Shown here: piece by piece, positions 27,585 to 32,000 of the stretch
How the letters are laid out: each line of letters opens with the position of its first letter
Position numbering within the stretch: the first letter of the stretch is position 1
Assembly (NCBI GenBank): GCA_027460535.1
Contig: JAPZAR010000022.1
Location: forward strand, 109,886 to 141,885
Direction: 5' to 3'
From: Candidatus Methanoperedens sp.
GTDB taxonomy: Archaea; Halobacteriota; Methanosarcinia; Methanosarcinales; Methanoperedenaceae
Length of the DNA stretch: 32,000 nt
The notes under the pieces: model-generated
Database searches by the model: none
Seen by the model: the letters and a program-made list of their open reading frames with translations, nothing else
What the model was told of the DNA's origin: nothing
Made by a program: the position numbers and the translations under genes

Positions 27585-28640
27585 TCAGCAGGGCTGTGCC
27601 TCGCCTTCGGGGCCCGTCGGGGTTGGCATCTTGACGACTTCGAAATCTGTGGTTTTCACATTCTTAAGGAGTGCAAGCTCCTGGTCATTCCAGCGGGAGT
27701 CGGGGGCGCCAGACAGGAACATCGCGCCGCCGTTATCAGCGATAATCATCCCGTATTTTTTCAAAGCGCGCAGTATGACCTGCTCATTTTCAGGAAACTC
27801 GCTTATGTTAAAGCTCGCCTTGAGGCGGAAGCGGGCTCCCATGGGCGGGTATTTTGCATCCGTCAGAGTACTCGCGTAGTGCCTTGCGGGGCATACGAAC
27901 GCTTTGCGGGTTTTGGGAACGGTAAAGCGGAGAGCGTGCTTGATTTCCTTCCGGCCTACCACCTCATCGTAGCGCACCAGGCCTGGGAATATCGGGAGAC
28001 CTGCCGCGTCGGCCGAGGTGAAGCGCGCCGGCCTCAAGGCGTTTGAAGTAAGATTGAAGACTGCGCCAGACCCTGCCTTCCACGAACCGTCGCTGTTAGG
28101 GTAGCCCGCATAAAGCTCGTAAAGCGTCTTGGCGTCACGGTCGATAACGAGGATATGTCTGTCCCCGGAGCTTTGTGGCCCGCCCTCAATCGGCGCATCC
28201 GGAGGGATGGGGTAGGGGACTTTGTCGCTTTCTTCCGCATAATCGAATGAGACTTTGACTTTGGGCTGGCTTCCGGAAACGACGATATAGGGGATGCCGT
28301 TTGGCGCCCCGTTCCAGACGGTTCCGAAATCAGGGTGGAGAGGACGAATTCCGATTGTTGAAATTATGAGGTTTGAATCGGGGTCGACAGGAAGGGCCGA
28401 GATGTCCTCATTCCACGGATTGTCCGGTGGAAAAGACAAGAAACCTTGCATGTCTGCGCCCGGGCCGAGATCCGGAACACCGACCTGAGCGCTTCCTTCT
28501 GGTATGGGGGCTGAAGTCGGAGTCGTACCTATATTTGTGGAAGCTGGAGCAGTGCTCATTGGAGGTGGAATTGAGATACAGCCGGATAAAAAGAATGCGG
28601 TGACGAGAAACACAACGAAGATCTTCACTTTCCCCATCAT
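27585..28640 (-). CDS. Secreted lipoprotein of unknown function (conserved hypothetical)
   Basis: Signal peptide plus lipobox (MMGKVKIFVVFLVTAFFLSGC), a Thr/Pro-rich linker, then a ~300-aa globular domain. It is visibly GC-richer than its neighbours. Start taken at 28640, although the ORF is open to 28718. Confidence 0.7.
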   Translation of the reverse strand: MMGKVKIFVVFLVTAFFLSGCISIPPPMSTAPASTNIGTTPTSAPIPEGSAQVGVPDLGPGADMQGFLSFPPDNPWNEDISALPVDPDSNLIISTIGIRPLHPDFGTVWNGAPNGIPYIVVSGSQPKVKVSFDYAEESDKVPYPIPPDAPIEGGPQSSGDRHILVIDRDAKTLYELYAGYPNSDGSWKAGSGAVFNLTSNALRPARFTSADAAGLPIFPGLVRYDEVVGRKEIKHALRFTVPKTRKAFVCPARHYASTLTDAKYPPMGARFRLKASFNISEFPENEQVILRALKKYGMIIADNGGAMFLSGAPDSRWNDQELALLKNVKTTDFEVVKMPTPTGPEGEAQPC

Positions 28641-29039
28641 GCTACCAGCGGAATTATTTGACTCATCGCCATTATATTCACATTTTCGTCCTGCCTCTTT
28701 TTCATTCCCCTTGTTCATTTCTTGACCCTTCTTTATGGAAGGTATATTTGCTTGGCAATAAATCTAATGCCAGGAAAACAGTATAAAAATAGAAATTAAT
28801 TATTCTTATATGTTTAAATATGTAGGCCATTTTCATAAAGGGAATATTTAAAAATCCATAAATGCCCGGATTGCCATCATTGAAAAAGGATTGACCCAAT
28901 TGTCCATAAAAAACTGCGTAATATGTTATCCGATTTCGAAAGTGTTAAGCAGCATTTCTTTACATGAAGGTCAAGATTTTTCAAACCTTTTCCATTTAAA
29001 TGTGTCTCCACTTCAAGATAATCTTTCAGATAGCTATTG

Positions 29040-29136
29040 ATGCCCTCGTTACAGTTTCTGCCGAATAAAGAATAACGGTTGCCCGTCCTCCCTATTCTAA
29101 GAAGAACCGTACGTGAAAGTTCCCTCCATACGGCTC
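29040..29136 (-). mobile_element. Group II intron 3' fragment: ribozyme domain V (29104-29136) plus a probable degenerate domain VI
   Basis: The minus strand reads GAGCCGUAUGGAGGGAACUUUCACGUACGGUUC. Both 9-nt arms (GAGCCGUAU / GUACGGUUC), the AGC triad and the AC bulge match the canonical domain V (GAGCCGUAUGCGAUGAAAGUCGCACGUACGGUUC). A stem AGAAUAG...UUAUUCU follows. No RT/maturase ORF is present in the window. Confidence 0.7.
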
Positions 29137-29340
29137 AAGCATTTTTTTACACTTTAAATCGGGCAGCAGACCTGAAAGAAGCGTTTTGAATATGGGAATT
29201 TTCATAGCTTTTCCATTTTTACGGTTGATACTTCATTATACCGAAAACAGTCAGTTGTGTGATCATTCACCATTCCTACCGCCTGCATCAGGGCTTCGAG
29301 CTTCCTGAGCAAGCCGGGGGACAACTCTATCATTGATGCG

Positions 29341-29433
29341 GGGCTCTTTTTCTGTTTTCTCCATATCCCCCCAATGAAGCAGAATCTCAATTATATGTTA
29401 GAAATTTTTGCTATAAATACTTGTCTGGGATTG
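29341..29433 (-). repeat. Promoter/leader module, copy B
   Basis: See copy A. The TATA-like TTTATA lies on the minus strand at plus-strand coordinates 29412-29417. Downstream on the minus strand are only a short ORF and the intron relic. Confidence 0.8.
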
Positions 29434-29495
29434 CTGCTGTGGATAGGTTTATTTAACAAAAATTTTATAACACCTGAGTAACTTCAGGTGAAACT

Positions 29496-30026
29496 ATGGC
29501 ACGGAAAAAGATTTTGATTACAATCGTTTTGATGGTGCTGATGGCATTTACGCTCGGATGCACCGAGAAATCCCAGCCTGTACAAAGCGGAAAAGACAGG
29601 ATAGCCACCATCGAGACCAATAAGGGTATTATCAAATTCGAGCTATTCGAAAAAGAGGCACCTTTAACTACAAGTAACTTCATAGAATTGGCGCAGAGCG
29701 GTTTTTATAATGGTCTCACATTCCACAGGGTTGAGCCAGGGTTCGTAATTCAAGGCGGGGACCCCAAGGGAGATGGCACAGGCGGTTCACCTAAGACCAT
29801 TCCTCTTGAGATAGCCCCCTCACTGACGCATAAGAAAGGTGCAGTGGGTATGGCTCGTTCCAGTGATCCGAACAGTGCGTCATCTCAGTTCTATATAGTC
29901 CTTGCAGACGCAAAGTTCCTGGATGGGCAATATGCAGTATTTGGACAGGTCACTGAAGGGCAGGATGTAGCTGAAAAGATCGCAGTAGGCGATAAGATGC
30001 TTAAAGTTACGATAGGAGAGAAATAA
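29496..30026 (+). CDS. Cyclophilin-type peptidyl-prolyl cis-trans isomerase, exported/lipoprotein
   Basis: 176 aa. Signal plus LGC lipobox, then [28 protein letters not shown]...SQFYIVL...[11 protein letters not shown]. Confidence 0.9.
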   Translation: MARKKILITIVLMVLMAFTLGCTEKSQPVQSGKDRIATIETNKGIIKFELFEKEAPLTTSNFIELAQSGFYNGLTFHRVEPGFVIQGGDPKGDGTGGSPKTIPLEIAPSLTHKKGAVGMARSSDPNSASSQFYIVLADAKFLDGQYAVFGQVTEGQDVAEKIAVGDKMLKVTIGEK

Positions 30027-30032
30027 CCAACC

Positions 30033-30755
30033 ATGGCAGACATTATAATCAGTCGCAGAAAACATCATATTCCGGCTTATATTGCCGGTACGGGAAACGC
30101 TGGAGTCATTCTCATTCACGAAGTATGGGGGCTTAACAAGAATATAAGAATCCTTGCTGATCGCCTGGCTGCTGAGGGTTATGTTGTTCTCGCACCGGAT
30201 CTTATTTCCCAGACCGGAATCACTGAAAAAATAGACCAGTCCATTCTGGCTGAGGTCGCCAATCCTTCTACCCGCGATGAAGCCCAAAAGAAAATGCGTG
30301 CGGCTATGAGTCCGATCAGGTCGGAAGAATTTGGGAAGGAAACTGTGGAACGGCTCAAAATATGCTTCAGCTATCTGAAGCGGGAGTACAAGGTGGAGAA
30401 AATTGCAGTCATGGGATTTTGTTTTGGTGGTACCTACAGCTACAGCTTTGCAGCAAGTGAAACGGCTCTTGCCGCAGCTTTGCCGTTTTATGGACACGCG
30501 CCTGAGAAAGAGGAAGAATTGGCCAAAATCTCATGCCCGGTCATAGCATTTTACGGCATAAAAGATATTGCGTTAGTGCAGGGCTTGCCGCAACTTGAAG
30601 CGTCAATGAAAAAGCTCAATAAAGATTTCCAGTACAAAGTATATCCGAATGCTGGTCATGCATTCATGAACGATACAAACCCGACAACATACAACAAAGA
30701 AGCAGCGGAGGATGCCTGGGGAAAAGCGTTGCAGTTCTTAAAGAAACATCTTTAA
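30033..30755 (+). CDS. Dienelactone hydrolase-family protein
   Basis: 240 aa. Contains ILIHEVWGLNKNIRILADRLAAEGYVVLAPDL, GFCFGG (nucleophile elbow) and GHAF. Confidence 0.85.
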   Translation: MADIIISRRKHHIPAYIAGTGNAGVILIHEVWGLNKNIRILADRLAAEGYVVLAPDLISQTGITEKIDQSILAEVANPSTRDEAQKKMRAAMSPIRSEEFGKETVERLKICFSYLKREYKVEKIAVMGFCFGGTYSYSFAASETALAAALPFYGHAPEKEEELAKISCPVIAFYGIKDIALVQGLPQLEASMKKLNKDFQYKVYPNAGHAFMNDTNPTTYNKEAAEDAWGKALQFLKKHL

Positions 30756-31185
30756 AAACATGAAGAATATCCAGCCGCTGTGGGACAGAAAAATTGATGT
30801 TCCGAGGAATAGAGACCGGGTATTATTAAAAAAGATTAGCGTAATAATGATTTCATTTTTTTAGCGTAGGAAACTATAAAGCATACCTCAAACGTGCATC
30901 ATTTAAAAACGGGACTGTAAAAAAGTTTGGTGTTGGGGGCTATCATGAAATATTTGAAAATAAGAAACCGCAGATAAACGCCGATGAACGCAGATTTATG
31001 ATAGCGTATTTGCGATATATAATATTGTAACACCAAAAGATTTTACACCCACTTAAAAACGAAAAACTTATACCCTATAATGTATAATTATTTCGAAGGG
31101 AGCGAGAAAACTGAATGTCTTAGAATGAAATATTTATAGAAGTACTTGATTTGTTATTTTGATTGTTACAATGGAGGAAGATATT

Positions 31186-32000
31186 ATGCCAAAAATGAAA
31201 GCAATACAGGTGACCGCTCCTGGAACAGATTTTAAGTTGGTTAATATTGATATTCCTGAGCCAAAAGAGAATGAAGTTCTTATTAAAGTTGAAGCATGTG
31301 GTATCTGCCATGGGGATGTATTGGTAAAGGAAGGCCACTTTCCTGGACTCACCTATCCAAGGATACCCGGACATGAAGTTGTTGGAACCATAAAAAAATT
31401 AGGTTCTGACTCAAAGCATTGGAAAGTTGGGCAAAGAGTCGGGATTGGGTGGCATGGCGGCCATTGCTGCCACTGCAGAGCCTGTCGTAATGGTGAATTT
31501 GGTTCCTGTGAAAATGCTCTTGTTACAGGTCTTTCAATGGATGGGGGGTATGCAGAATATATGGTAGCTAGAATGGAGGTGCTTACACCTATTCCCGGGG
31601 AGCTTAATTCAATTGATGCAGCACCTTTGCTCTGTGCTGGCAGAACAACTTTTGGAGCATTAAGAAGTTCCAACCTAAAAGGAGGTGACCTTGTAGCAAT
31701 TCATGGATTGGGAGGACTTGGTCATCTTGCAGTACAATTTGCTAATAAGCTGGGTTTAAAAGTTGCAGTAATTTCAAGAGGAAAAGAAAAGGAGCAATTG
31801 GCAAAAAAGCTTGGAGCTCACTACTATTTTGATTCAAATGCTGTTGAACCGGCGGAAGAGCTAATGAAACTGGGTGGAGCAAATGTCATACTTTGCACTG
31901 CTCCAAACAGCAAATCAATGGCAGAACTTGTAAATGGTTTAGCCAGAAATGGTCAGATGATTATAGTCACCTTTTCAAACGAACCAATGACCATACCGCC
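31186..32000 (+). CDS. Zinc-dependent alcohol dehydrogenase (MDR family); 3' end runs off the right edge
   Basis: Not in the track because it is open at the edge. GGAGGA lies upstream. My translation is MPKMKAIQVTAPGTDFKLVNIDIPEPKENEVLIKVEACGICHGDVLVKEGHFPGLTYPRIPGHEVVGTI...GHCCHCRACRNGEFGSCEN...GLGGLGHLAVQFA. Confidence 0.9.
   Translation, partial: MPKMKAIQVTAPGTDFKLVNIDIPEPKENEVLIKVEACGICHGDVLVKEGHFPGLTYPRIPGHEVVGTIKKLGSDSKHWKVGQRVGIGWHGGHCCHCRACRNGEFGSCENALVTGLSMDGGYAEYMVARMEVLTPIPGELNSIDAAPLLCAGRTTFGALRSSNLKGGDLVAIHGLGGLGHLAVQFANKLGLKVAVISRGKEKEQLAKKLGAHYYFDSNAVEPAEELMKLGGANVILCTAPNSKSMAELVNGLARNGQMIIVTFSNEPMTIP

Noticed and set aside
29202-29390. A small ORF (MIELSPGLLRKLEALMQAVGMVNDHTT.. 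from the internal ATG) downstream of promoter copy B.
   Set aside because: Its 5' part is simply the repeat sequence read through, and the remainder has no recognisable family. It may be residual intron or leader RNA rather than coding sequence.
29880-30497. A 205-aa minus-strand ORF, the longest unassigned ORF in the right-hand region.
   Set aside because: It is entirely antisense to the well-supported PPIase and dienelactone hydrolase genes and has no recognisable motifs. It is a typical shadow ORF. The same applies to 6702..7076, 9974..10420, 13072..13482, 25705..26058, 26788..27129 and 31120..31673 (antisense to ino1, the radical SAM gene, the DsbD-like gene, the Imm-like gene, the YciI-like gene and the ADH).
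1-32000. A window-wide scan for CRISPR arrays, rRNA and tRNA genes.
   Set aside because: I saw no regularly spaced short repeats, no rRNA-like conserved blocks and no GGTTCRAATCC-type T-arm with a compatible acceptor stem. tRNAscan or Infernal would be needed to exclude them formally.

Overview
This looks like an archaeal chromosomal segment, probably from a Methanosarcinales-type methanogen or ANME such as a Methanoperedens-like organism. That assignment is inferred from gene content: an MC1 chromatin protein, the Ahb siroheme-dependent heme pathway, a class-I CCA enzyme and archaetidylinositol-phosphate synthesis. The left half (1-16.1 kb) is a dense housekeeping block. It holds a P-type ATPase (partial), an MscS channel, a translationally coupled ahb-sirC-hemA operon, AIP synthase and myo-inositol-1-phosphate synthase, PmbA/TldD, a COG1031-type radical SAM enzyme, the CCA-adding enzyme, a DsbD-like fusion with a DsbA-like partner, and a second ahb pair (decarboxylase subunit plus NirJ-like radical SAM). 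The right half (16.1-32 kb) is visibly AT-richer and patchy. It begins with a decayed integrated element (integrase N-terminal stub, several frame-broken genes, an MC1 gene, a UvrD relic). Detox and stress-type accessory genes follow, and the window ends in a partial Zn-ADH. I found no rRNA, tRNA or CRISPR array. The most notable structures are: (i) a 0.9-kb two-gene cassette inserted between the two inositol-lipid genes and bracketed by a 194-bp duplication of the AIP-synthase 3' end with an att-like perfect core; (ii) an orphan group II intron domain V with no RT ORF; (iii) a ~95-bp promoter/leader module present twice, 5.2 kb apart; and (iv) a permuted three-module DsbD-like protein. I did not find a convincing complete novel multi-gene system. 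All homology calls come from motif recognition by eye and were not checked by search.
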